From an uncultured Actinomycetes bacterium (lineage in GTDB: Bacteria; Actinomycetota; Thermoleophilia; RBG-16-64-13), in contig CAWJDT010000005.1 of assembly GCA_963841735.1 (NCBI GenBank), positions 190,944 to 254,943 of the forward strand: DNA of 64,000 bases, in the 5' to 3' direction. The notes beneath the pieces are model-generated. The model was not told the DNA's origin, made no database searches, and worked only from the letters and a program-made list of their open reading frames with translations. The position numbers and the translations under genes are program-made. Every line of letters begins with the position of its first letter. Within the stretch, counting starts at the first letter, position 1. Below are positions 27,484-35,858 of the stretch, piece after piece.

Positions 27484-29853
27484 AGGCCCCAGACGCCCGT
27501 TCCTGGCATTGCCCCATGCCCAGATGGTGCCGTCCCTGCCGAGGGCGAAGTTGTGATTGAAGCCGGTGTAGATCTCCCGGATGTCCGTCAGACCCAAGGC
27601 GCGGACCGGCGACCTGCTGCCGTCCAGGCTGCCTGCCCCCAGGACTCCGCTTCCCATCTGCTTGTTGTAACCCCAGGTCCACACACTGCCGTCTGCCTTC
27701 AGAGCTACCGTATGGTTCATTCCCGCCGTGATCTTCGCCACGCCTTCCAGCCCATCCACCCTCCTGGGATGCACAACAGTCGTAAAGAACTCCGGATTGG
27801 CATGGGGATCGTTTGGATCGATCTCAGGCATATATTCGCCGAGGCCCAGCTCTCCGTGACGGTTGAGTCCCCAGCTATGCACGGTGCCGTCGCTCTTTAG
27901 CACCGCCGTGAAGCAGCGGCCTTCCGCCGCGCCATTGACCCCGGTCAGGTAGCCGGTGGCATCGGACTTGTCCAGCGACTTGAAGGGCAGTGTGGTACCC
28001 GGACCGTGGCTAGCCACTCCCTTCCCTATCTGCCCGTATTCCCCGTCGCCCCAGCAGCGGATGGTGCCATCGCTCTTCACCGCGACAACGGTGCGCACAC
28101 CGGCCTCCAGATGCACCACATCCGTCAGAAATCCGCTCGCGTCATCGGGATCTTTGACCTGGCTGGGCTCGTGACTCCTAGTGTAGGTGCCGTTGCCAAA
28201 TTGCCCGTTGATGTTGGCCCCCCAGGCCCACACGGTGCCGTCCTGCTTCAGCGCGACGCCGTAGCTGTCGCCGGCATCGATCTGCCTCACCGTGGAGAGA
28301 CCCCCGATCACAACCGGCGCCGTATGGCGCTTTGTGGTGTCGGGGTCCCCCATCTGGCCGCAGTTGTTGCTCCCCCAGCCGTAGACGCTTCCATCTGCCG
28401 TGAGGGCGAGGCTGAAGTTGTTTCCCGCAGCGACCTGCACGATATCTTTCAGACCCTCTACCTGCACGGGAGTGTTCTGATCGGAGAACGCGCCGCACCT
28501 GCCGTTGCCCACCTGGCCGGTGCAGTTGAAGCCCCAGGCGAACACGCGCCCCTCCTCCAGCAAGGCCACGTTATGCCGGTTGCCGGCGGCGATCTGCTTG
28601 ACCTGCGACCCGTCGAACCCCAAGTTGACCATCACAGGCACGTGTTCGGCGGGCATGTTGTATTTGTAGGCCTCGGCCCAGGGCTCCGGATTCACATGAG
28701 AGAACAGCCAGTCGCGCACAGCCTCGTTGGTAATGGCGGGCCGCGCACCGAATTCGTGAGCCCAGCCGCCCAAGATGCTGCCCTCCCGATACAACGTGTG
28801 CAGAGTGTGCCCGCCTTTGGCCAGTTGCTCCTTGGCCATGCGGACGGCCGCCTCTCCACGCAACGACCCGTCCCAAACAGCCCGGTTGATGACGGCGCCG
28901 GCGCTCTCCAGCGTCTCCATGTTGTCAACGTTGCCGGGCATCGCCTTGTCGTCGTCCTCGCCGTGAAAGACCCAGAGGTTGTGGTCTTTCAGCACCTCGA
29001 GTTCCTCATAGTTGCTCTGGCCCGCAAAAACGATGCTGGCGGCGAACATCCTGTAGTACCGTTTGCTCGCTTCCCAGGACGACATCCCCCCCATGGAGAA
29101 GCCGGTGCAGTAGAGGCGGGTGCGATCCACGCTGTACTGCTCGAATAGGGAGAACATCAGCCCGCAGACGGCATCGAACACGCCCGTCATCTCATATGTG
29201 TCGGGATCGATCCAGTCGCCGTCGATGGGGCATTGGGGAACGAAGACGAAGCAAGGATGCTTCTTCTGCTCTTCTTCCGTCGCCCAGATCACACCGTTCA
29301 AGGAACACAGCATGCTCTTGAGGTTGTTGTTGCCCTTCTCGCCGCCGCCGTGCCAGTACAGAACGAACGGGTACTTCTTGTCCGGCCGGTAGTCCCTGGG
29401 CACGAACAATGAGTAGGCGACGGTGGTACCGTTCACGGGGTCCCGGTACGAATCCTTCTTGAACTGGTCGAACTCCAGGTTTGCGCCGTCCTGCACCTCG
29501 ACATGCTCCATCCAGGGACTGCAGACCCCTTCGTCGGCATAGACGACATCTTTGAGCTGACGCACGTCATAGGCGATTCTGACTCTCTCGTTCACCTCCC
29601 AGTGGAAAGGGAGCGTGGTGGCCGCCTTGTCGGACGGATCCATCTCCACGATCACGTAGCGTCCGTCATGCCCGCGCCCGTCTGGGTCCTGCGCCGCCTG
29701 CTCATTCGCGTAGGCCCTCAGGATCACCCTGCTGCTCACCGAGAACGATTCGGCGCCCAGGTCGGCGTTGCATACCGGCTGCGGGTACTCGATCGCGATG
29801 GCGACATTCTTTTCGCCGTCTTCCATCACTCGGTGGATAGCAAGGATATTCAT
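27469..29853 (-). CDS. fusion protein: N-terminal ~150-aa unknown domain + alpha/beta-hydrolase (esterase, GxSxG) + C-terminal RCC1-repeat beta-propeller; no signal peptide (cluster A)
   Basis: Probable start MNILAIH at 29853 behind AGGAGA; the listed ORF extends to 29877. Esterase motifs LYWHGGGE and GFSMGG. Multiple RCC1 repeats (GxNxxGQ(V/L/M)G(N/D)G...PV). Terminal gene of the ABC operon. Confidence 0.8.
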   Translation of the reverse strand: MNILAIHRVMEDGEKNVAIAIEYPQPVCNADLGAESFSVSSRVILRAYANEQAAQDPDGRGHDGRYVIVEMDPSDKAATTLPFHWEVNERVRIAYDVRQLKDVVYADEGVCSPWMEHVEVQDGANLEFDQFKKDSYRDPVNGTTVAYSLFVPRDYRPDKKYPFVLYWHGGGEKGNNNLKSMLCSLNGVIWATEEEQKKHPCFVFVPQCPIDGDWIDPDTYEMTGVFDAVCGLMFSLFEQYSVDRTRLYCTGFSMGGMSSWEASKRYYRMFAASIVFAGQSNYEELEVLKDHNLWVFHGEDDDKAMPGNVDNMETLESAGAVINRAVWDGSLRGEAAVRMAKEQLAKGGHTLHTLYREGSILGGWAHEFGARPAITNEAVRDWLFSHVNPEPWAEAYKYNMPAEHVPVMVNLGFDGSQVKQIAAGNRHNVALLEEGRVFAWGFNCTGQVGNGRCGAFSDQNTPVQVEGLKDIVQVAAGNNFSLALTADGSVYGWGSNNCGQMGDPDTTKRHTAPVVIGGLSTVRQIDAGDSYGVALKQDGTVWAWGANINGQFGNGTYTRSHEPSQVKDPDDASGFLTDVVHLEAGVRTVVAVKSDGTIRCWGDGEYGQIGKGVASHGPGTTLPFKSLDKSDATGYLTGVNGAAEGRCFTAVLKSDGTVHSWGLNRHGELGLGEYMPEIDPNDPHANPEFFTTVVHPRRVDGLEGVAKITAGMNHTVALKADGSVWTWGYNKQMGSGVLGAGSLDGSRSPVRALGLTDIREIYTGFNHNFALGRDGTIWAWGNARNGRLGPVRAT

Positions 29854-29869
29854 AGTCTTTGGTGGTCTC

Positions 29870-30901
29870 CTATTCATCGGTTCTGCTTGCGTCTGTGTGG
29901 CGAGGTTCTTCGCCCCCTGAGTGGCGCCAACCCGCGGGCCGGGAACCCGGCACGTTGATCTCGCTCACCCGGCAGCACAGCACGTGGTGATGAGGTTCCA
30001 CTTCCTCCATCACCTGACGCTCTTGACATCTCTCTTGCGCGTAGGGGCACCTGGCCGCGAACCGGCAGCCCGGCTTGGGGTTGATGGGTGACGTGAGTTC
30101 GCCCTTGAGTTCGACTCGCTTCATGGGATGGTCGATATCGATGGAGGGCACCGCGGAGAGCAGGGCCTTGGTGTAGGGATGCATCGGCCTGGCGAAGAGG
30201 CCTTCTGAAGTGCTGGTCTCAACGAGTTGGCCGAGGTACATGACGCAGATGTCGTCGGATATGTGGCGTACGACCGACAAGTCATGAGTCACGAACATAT
30301 AGGTGAGGCCAACCTCGTCCTGTAGGTCCATGAGGAGGTTGAGTATCTGAGCCTGTATGGACACGTCCAAGGAGGACACGGGCTCGTCGCACACCACAAA
30401 AGCTGGGTTGAGGGCGATAGCGCGGGCTACACCGACCCTCTGCCGTCTACCACCGTCCAGTTCGTGCGGATATGCGTTGCGCAGGCGCTGGTCGATACCA
30501 ACCAAGTCCATGAGCCTGGTGACCTCGGTTGCCAACCGTCCCCTGCCAAAGCGCCCGGACAGCTTGAGGGGCTGTCTGATGATCTCCTCCACACTCCGTC
30601 TGGGGTTGAGCGAGGAGTAGGGATCCTGAAAGATGATCTGCATATCCGACCGTAGGCCGCGCAGCCCGCGCCCCTTAGCCTCCGTGACGTCCTTGCCCTC
30701 AAAGAGTATCTGGCCGTCGGTTGAATGCTGGAGGTGGATCATGGTGCGCCCAAGGGTGGACTTGCCGCAGCCCGACTCACCTACTACGCCCATGGTCCGA
30801 CCCTTTTCTATGGAGAAGGAGACGTCGTCCACAGCGTGCAGTAGGCCGGTGCCCACCCGGAAGTACTTCTTGAGGTTACGGACTTCGATCAAGGCCGCCA
30901 T
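29870..30901 (-). CDS. ABC transporter ATP-binding protein (DppF/OppF-like) (cluster A)
   Basis: Walker [13 protein letters not shown] signature, Walker [12 protein letters not shown] and the C-terminal oligopeptide-transporter Cys-rich extension. Confidence 0.85.
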   Translation of the reverse strand: MAALIEVRNLKKYFRVGTGLLHAVDDVSFSIEKGRTMGVVGESGCGKSTLGRTMIHLQHSTDGQILFEGKDVTEAKGRGLRGLRSDMQIIFQDPYSSLNPRRSVEEIIRQPLKLSGRFGRGRLATEVTRLMDLVGIDQRLRNAYPHELDGGRRQRVGVARAIALNPAFVVCDEPVSSLDVSIQAQILNLLMDLQDEVGLTYMFVTHDLSVVRHISDDICVMYLGQLVETSTSEGLFARPMHPYTKALLSAVPSIDIDHPMKRVELKGELTSPINPKPGCRFAARCPYAQERCQERQVMEEVEPHHHVLCCRVSEINVPGSRPAGWRHSGGEEPRHTDASRTDE

Positions 30902-30902
30902 G

Positions 30903-31889
30903 TCATTCCTCCGAAAGCGCCGGGTAGAGACAGCGGCAGCGATGTCCGGGCGCGATGTCGGCCAAGGGGATACTCTCGCCTCTGCACTTGTCTGTCGCTC
31001 GCGGACAGCGAGGATTGAACCGGCAACCGTCCGGCAGGTTCGAGGGATCAGGCATAAGACCCTCGATGGGCTGAAGTCTTCTGGAATCCTTGGACATGCT
31101 GGGCAGCGAGGCGAACAGGCCCAGCGTGTAAGGATGCGCCGCGCGCTTGAAGATGTCGCGCTTGCTGCCGTGCTCGATGATCTCGCCCGCGTAGATAACC
31201 GCTACGTCGTCGCAGACCTCGGCGACTACACCCAGATTGTGGGTGATCATTATCATGGCGGTGTTGAGCCTGTCCCTGAGGTTGCGGATCATCTCGAGCA
31301 CCTGGGCTTGGATGGTCACGTCCAGCGCGGTGGTGGGCTCGTCGGCGATGAGCAATTCAGGATTGCAGGCCAGCGCCTCGGCTATGACCACCCGTTGTCT
31401 CATGCCGCCCGAGAACTCGTGGGGGAACTGCTTGAACCGCTCCGCCGGAATACCGACCATCTCCAGCATCTCTGTGGCGCGTCGCTCGGCGTCCACGCGG
31501 CTGACCGCGTTGTGCAGGCGGACGGCCTCGGCAATCTGTTCGCCCACAGTCATGAGGGGGTTGAGCGCCGTCATAGGGTCCTGGAAGATCATCGATACCT
31601 TCTCGCCTCTGATCCTGCGCATGTCCTTCTCGGGCAGGCCCAGAAGGTCCTCGCCGTCCAGGATGATCTCGCCGTCGGCGACCCGAGCCGTAAACTCGGG
31701 GAGTATTCGCATGATGGTCTTCGCAGTCGTGGTCTTGCCGGCGCCCGTCTCTCCTACCAGCCCAAGGGTCTTTCCACGCACCAGGTCGAAAGACACGTCG
31801 TTCACCGCGTGTACGATGCTCTTGCCCGAGCGGTACTCGACCTTCAGGTTCCTGACCGACAAAAACACGTCGTTACCGTTGTTCACCAA
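30903..31889 (-). CDS. ABC transporter ATP-binding protein (DppD/OppD-like) (cluster A)
   Basis: Walker [10 protein letters not shown], signature SGGMRQRV, Walker [12 protein letters not shown]. Confidence 0.85.
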   Translation of the reverse strand: MVNNGNDVFLSVRNLKVEYRSGKSIVHAVNDVSFDLVRGKTLGLVGETGAGKTTTAKTIMRILPEFTARVADGEIILDGEDLLGLPEKDMRRIRGEKVSMIFQDPMTALNPLMTVGEQIAEAVRLHNAVSRVDAERRATEMLEMVGIPAERFKQFPHEFSGGMRQRVVIAEALACNPELLIADEPTTALDVTIQAQVLEMIRNLRDRLNTAMIMITHNLGVVAEVCDDVAVIYAGEIIEHGSKRDIFKRAAHPYTLGLFASLPSMSKDSRRLQPIEGLMPDPSNLPDGCRFNPRCPRATDKCRGESIPLADIAPGHRCRCLYPALSEE

Positions 31890-31902
31890 GGCCTTACCCT
31901 CC

Positions 31903-32766
31903 TCATCGCTTCATCTTGGGGTCAAGCGCATCACGTAGGCCGTCCCCGAAGATGCTCACGGCGAGAACCGTGATCACGATGGCAAGACCTGGGAAGAGGA
32001 TGATGTGCGGATGAGCAAGGACGCTGGCGATACCTTCAGTGACCATGGCGCCCCATTCGGGTGTCGGGGGGCGTACGCCGAAGCCTAGGAAGCTCAGCGA
32101 TGCGGCCACCAGAATGGTGCCCCCTATGGCCGTGGTGGTGTGCACTATCAGAGGCGACAAGGTGTTGGGCAGGATCTCCGAGAACATGATGCGCATCTTG
32201 CCGCTGTTTATCGACTCGGCCGCTTCTACGTATTCCCTGGTCCGTTCTCCCAAGATCTGTCCACGGGTGATCCTGGTTGCCGGTACGATGCCTCCCACGG
32301 TGAGGGCGATGACGGTCTTCCAGAAGCCGCCCCCCAAGACGGCCGCGATGAGGATAGCTATGAGGATGCCCGGAATAGCCTGCAAGACGTCCATGAAGCG
32401 CATGATGCTGTTGTCGATCCATCTGCCGAAGTAACCCGCGAAGGCGCCAAAGACCACTCCGATGATGGTGCTGAGCAGCGCACCGGCGAGCCCGAGAACT
32501 AGGGAGTACCGGCCGCCGTAGAGCAACCGGGTGAGGATGTCGCGTCCCTGCTGGTCGGTGCCGCAGAGGTGCTGCCAAGAGGGGCCCAGGTTCGCGTTGT
32601 TGAGATCCATCTTGGCGGGGTCGTAGTGGGTGAGCAACGGAGCCAGCAAGCACAGCAACACGATAATGAACAGAAGAGCCAAACCGGCGACGGCGAGCTT
32701 GCTGTGGAATACACGTATGAGGGTCTGCAGGGCCAGACTGCGTCTCTGTGGATGGCTGGTGGTCAT
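31903..32766 (-). CDS. ABC transporter permease (DppC/OppC-like) (cluster A)
   Basis: 6 TM; BPD_transp_1 EAA-like loop YVEAAESINSGKMRIMFSEILPN. Overlaps the upstream permease by 4 nt. Confidence 0.85.
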   Translation of the reverse strand: MTTSHPQRRSLALQTLIRVFHSKLAVAGLALLFIIVLLCLLAPLLTHYDPAKMDLNNANLGPSWQHLCGTDQQGRDILTRLLYGGRYSLVLGLAGALLSTIIGVVFGAFAGYFGRWIDNSIMRFMDVLQAIPGILIAILIAAVLGGGFWKTVIALTVGGIVPATRITRGQILGERTREYVEAAESINSGKMRIMFSEILPNTLSPLIVHTTTAIGGTILVAASLSFLGFGVRPPTPEWGAMVTEGIASVLAHPHIILFPGLAIVITVLAVSIFGDGLRDALDPKMKR

Positions 32767-33710
32767 ACCCTCGCGTCTCCCTTGTACTGAGCCTTTATGC
32801 GAGGATCGACGAACCCATAGGCTAGGTCGGTAAGTAGCATGACAACCGTCGTGATGAGCGACAGAAACACGACCACGCCTTGGACTATGGGGTAGTCACG
32901 GTTCATGATGGCGTTCATCAGCAGCAGCCCCAGTCCAGGGATGGCGAACACCATCTCGATGATTATCAGACTGGTAAGGACCACGGCGAACGAGAAGCCG
33001 GTGACGGTGATCACTGGTATCAGCGCGTTAGGCAGCACGTGCCGGTAGATGACGCGTCGCTCCGAAGCCCCCTTGGCGCGAGCGCTCTGGACGTAGTCGG
33101 CCCTGAAGGTCTCCAGCACGCTGGAGCGCATCTGGCGGGTCACAATGCCTATGCCCCCAAGCGAGGCGGCGATGATGGGTATCACGTAGTTCTTCCAGTT
33201 GCCTATGCCGAAGCCCGGCAGCCAGTGCAACTTGACGGCAAACAGCACCACCAGCTCAACGGCCAGCCAATAGCCGGGGACCGCGAACCCAAGCATGGCG
33301 ATGAACAGACTCAGGCCATCACGAGTCTTGCCTTGGTGGGTGGCGGCCATGACACCCAGCGGAACGCCGACGACGGTGCCTAGGAGCACGCTGATGAATC
33401 CGATCAGCATAGTCCGAGGCAGCCTTTCCAGGATCTGCCCGGTCACAGGCAGACTGCGCTGATAGGAGACCCCGAGGTCGAAGTGGAGAAAGGCCCGGTT
33501 CAAGAAGTGGCCGAGCCGAACGATGTACGTTTCGTCCAACCCCAGTTGGTGACGCTTGGCCTCCAAGTCCGCTGCTTTTGCGCCGGTGCCCAGGATGAGT
33601 GTTGCGGGATCACCAGGCACGAAGTACATGATGGTGAAGATTATGATGGCCGAGAAGAAGACCACGAAGATCATCATCAGCAGCCGTTTCAATATGTATT
33701 TCGCCATCAT
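32763..33710 (-). CDS. ABC transporter permease (DppB/OppB-like) (cluster A)
   Basis: 6 TM; conserved loop YVQSARAKGASERRVIYRHVLPNALIPV. Confidence 0.85.
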   Translation of the reverse strand: MMAKYILKRLLMMIFVVFFSAIIIFTIMYFVPGDPATLILGTGAKAADLEAKRHQLGLDETYIVRLGHFLNRAFLHFDLGVSYQRSLPVTGQILERLPRTMLIGFISVLLGTVVGVPLGVMAATHQGKTRDGLSLFIAMLGFAVPGYWLAVELVVLFAVKLHWLPGFGIGNWKNYVIPIIAASLGGIGIVTRQMRSSVLETFRADYVQSARAKGASERRVIYRHVLPNALIPVITVTGFSFAVVLTSLIIIEMVFAIPGLGLLLMNAIMNRDYPIVQGVVVFLSLITTVVMLLTDLAYGFVDPRIKAQYKGDARV

Positions 33711-33737
33711 CTACCTCGTTACTGGCGGGCGACATGG

Positions 33738-33767
33738 GAGTGGCGCGGTCTTGCGACCGCGCCACTC
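33738..33767 (-). other. perfect 13-bp stem / 4-nt loop hairpin between the SBP and permease genes (intra-operon RNA stabiliser or attenuator)
   Basis: gagtggcgcggtc-ttgc-gaccgcgccactc. No U-tract follows on the transcribed strand. Confidence 0.4.
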
Positions 33768-33817
33768 GCGTTCGCCCGAGGATCTGTTGCTAGGTCCTAG
33801 GCCTTCTTGGGTCGGTG

Positions 33818-35455
33818 CTACTTGGCCTCGTACGAGCAGGCGTTCGGGATGAGCCACAACTGATCGCTCAGCACGAAGTTGGTGCACCAGCTCGGATACG
33901 CGGCATTGATGTAGTTGGCGCTGACGCCGTAGGCGTAAGCGTTGGCGTTGATGTAGTCCTGCGCGGCGTTGACCGTGTCTTGGCTGTGAGTGCTGACGGT
34001 CATGGCAGCTTTGACAAGGGTCTGGAGCTGGTCATCGGTGACCATGTTCATAGGCTTGCCGGTCGGTCCCCACTCGGGAGTGAGGTTCATGAACGTGCTG
34101 GCCAGGAAGTCGGTTGAGAAAGTGGGGAATTGCTGCAGGTCCCACTGAGTCGCATCCCCGGCCACCGGCATGTAGCTGGCGCCGTTGACGGCGGTCAGTT
34201 GCGCGTCGATGACGCCGGTCTCGTTGAGGAAGCCCTGGACCAACTCCATGAGGCCCTTGAAGGTAGGCTGCTCCATGACCAGCATCTTCAACTGCAGCTT
34301 GTTGGTCTCGTTGTAGCCGGCTTCAGCAAGCAGGGCTTTGGCCTTGGCAACATCGTAGTTGAAGTAGTCGGCCGTAGCCCAAGCCTTGTTGTAGTCGGAG
34401 TAGTGGTCCGCGCCCATGGCTTTGGACAACGTCGCATCGTCGCCGAACATCCGCTTCACTATGGCCGCGCTGTCGATGGCGCAGAAGACGGCCTCGCGCA
34501 CCTTCGGGTCGCTCATCTTGCTGGTGGGATCGCAGTTCGGGTAGAGCACATGGTTCATGGCCTCGCCGAAACTCTTGACCATGGAAGTGCCGGACGCGGT
34601 CACTTCGGCCACGTTGTCCAGGGCTATGTTCTGAGCGAAATCGATCTGGCCGCTCTTAAGAGCTATTGCCATCTGATTGAGGTCCATGATGATGAAGAAG
34701 TTGATCGTCTTGACGTTAGCCTGTTCGACCGGAGTCTTGAGGGCCTCGTCGGTCTTCCAATAGGTGTCGGTCTTCTCGACGGTCAACTGCGAGCCGGAGG
34801 TGTACTTGGTGACCTTGTAGGGGGCCGTGGTCACCGGATCGACGATCATGTGGTCTGCGCTCGCGGTCCAGGCCTTCTCTGTAACGAAGTACAGACCGGT
34901 GAGTACGTCGGTCACATTGCTCAGATACATGTCATGAGCAAAGGTGATCTTGACGTTCAGGTCGTCGATCGCCTCGGCACTCGCGATGCTGCCGGCCTTC
35001 TGCTGGGCGGACTCGACGCACTTGGCGATGCCGAAGGCCACGTCCGAAGCCTTGAAGGGATTACCGGCCTGGTCGACGATGTTGTTGTAAAGGGTCACGG
35101 TGATCGTCTTGGAGTCGTCAACCTTGTACGACTCCATGAGGATGCCCTTGAAGGTGCCGTCGGGCATCAGATAGGCCAGGGGCTGCACCCAGATGGGATG
35201 CGTCGTTCCGTTCCTGTGGCCAAGGGTGGTGTAGGGGTCCAGATCGGTCGGGTCGCCGTCGATACCGACGTTGACAACATCCGGGACGTAAGCCGCGGCC
35301 ACGGTAGTCGGGGTTTCTCCCCCGGTAGTCGAGGTTTCGCCACCGGTCGTCGGGGTGACCGCGGACGAGGTCGTGGTGGTGGTGTCGTTGCCGCACCCGG
35401 CTACCATGCCAAGGATCACGGTCAGAACAAGGAGAACGAGAACGATTCTTTTCAT
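33818..35455 (-). CDS. ABC transporter substrate-binding lipoprotein, family 5 (DppA/OppA-like) (cluster A)
   Basis: Lipoprotein signal (LVLLVLTVILGMVAGC), Thr-rich linker, ~500-aa SBP_bac_5-type body. First gene of the operon. Confidence 0.85.
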   Translation of the reverse strand: MKRIVLVLLVLTVILGMVAGCGNDTTTTTSSAVTPTTGGETSTTGGETPTTVAAAYVPDVVNVGIDGDPTDLDPYTTLGHRNGTTHPIWVQPLAYLMPDGTFKGILMESYKVDDSKTITVTLYNNIVDQAGNPFKASDVAFGIAKCVESAQQKAGSIASAEAIDDLNVKITFAHDMYLSNVTDVLTGLYFVTEKAWTASADHMIVDPVTTAPYKVTKYTSGSQLTVEKTDTYWKTDEALKTPVEQANVKTINFFIIMDLNQMAIALKSGQIDFAQNIALDNVAEVTASGTSMVKSFGEAMNHVLYPNCDPTSKMSDPKVREAVFCAIDSAAIVKRMFGDDATLSKAMGADHYSDYNKAWATADYFNYDVAKAKALLAEAGYNETNKLQLKMLVMEQPTFKGLMELVQGFLNETGVIDAQLTAVNGASYMPVAGDATQWDLQQFPTFSTDFLASTFMNLTPEWGPTGKPMNMVTDDQLQTLVKAAMTVSTHSQDTVNAAQDYINANAYAYGVSANYINAAYPSWCTNFVLSDQLWLIPNACSYEAK

Positions 35456-35546
35456 CTATTCAACCCTCCTGCTTGTGGAACATGTGGCACGGTGAACCGT
35501 AGCAACCGCCATCTCCCTATGGAAATTCGATTCCGGCATGGATGCT

Positions 35547-35559
35547 TTCCAGAATGGAA
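35547..35559. promoter_or_regulatory. T-N11-A palindrome TTCCAGAATGGAA (candidate LysR-type operator) 92 nt upstream of the cluster-A SBP start
   Basis: Perfect dyad TTCCA-N3-TGGAA. A paralogous copy lies at the identical offset before the cluster-B SBP. Confidence 0.3.
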
Positions 35560-35800
35560 TGGGCCTGTTCAGCGGCACAGCGGCACGGCGGACTGGAGGG
35601 CGGTGTCCGATGGACGCGCCGAGTCGGCCGCCGAGCTTGAGATTGCCGGCGCGCCTCAGCGAGGCGGCTATGCTTGCTGGTCCCCCAAGCGGCCTCCTAC
35701 GGCCTGCCGACGGACCTAGTGATACCGGGCGCAAGCAAGAGAGACAGTGAAGCGCAAACCGAAGGTTGTGAGGCCCGCACCGCGCCCCGCGGCGCCCACG

Positions 35801-35858
35801 ATAGGTGGCGCGCACCGGCGCTCTCCGCCCCGCGGCGCTCCCGCTAGGTGGCGCGCAC
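35801..35858. repeat. same 3'-end duplication downstream of the cluster-B esterase-RCC1 gene (aTAGGTGGCGCGCAC / GCTAGGTGGCGCGCAC)
   Basis: Copies at 35801-35815 and 35843-35858. Conserved between the paralogous clusters although the surrounding sequence has diverged. Confidence 0.5.

Noticed and set aside
28006-29148. 380-aa plus-strand ORF (and similar antisense ORFs at 30633..31973, 34130..35719, 39238..40254, 41925..43085)
   Set aside because: All lie opposite strongly supported ABC-transporter or hydrolase genes and have skewed G/R/H/P-rich composition.
35521-35540. ttcgattcc motif resembling a tRNA T-loop
   Set aside because: No complementary T-stem, acceptor stem or anticodon arm can be drawn around it.
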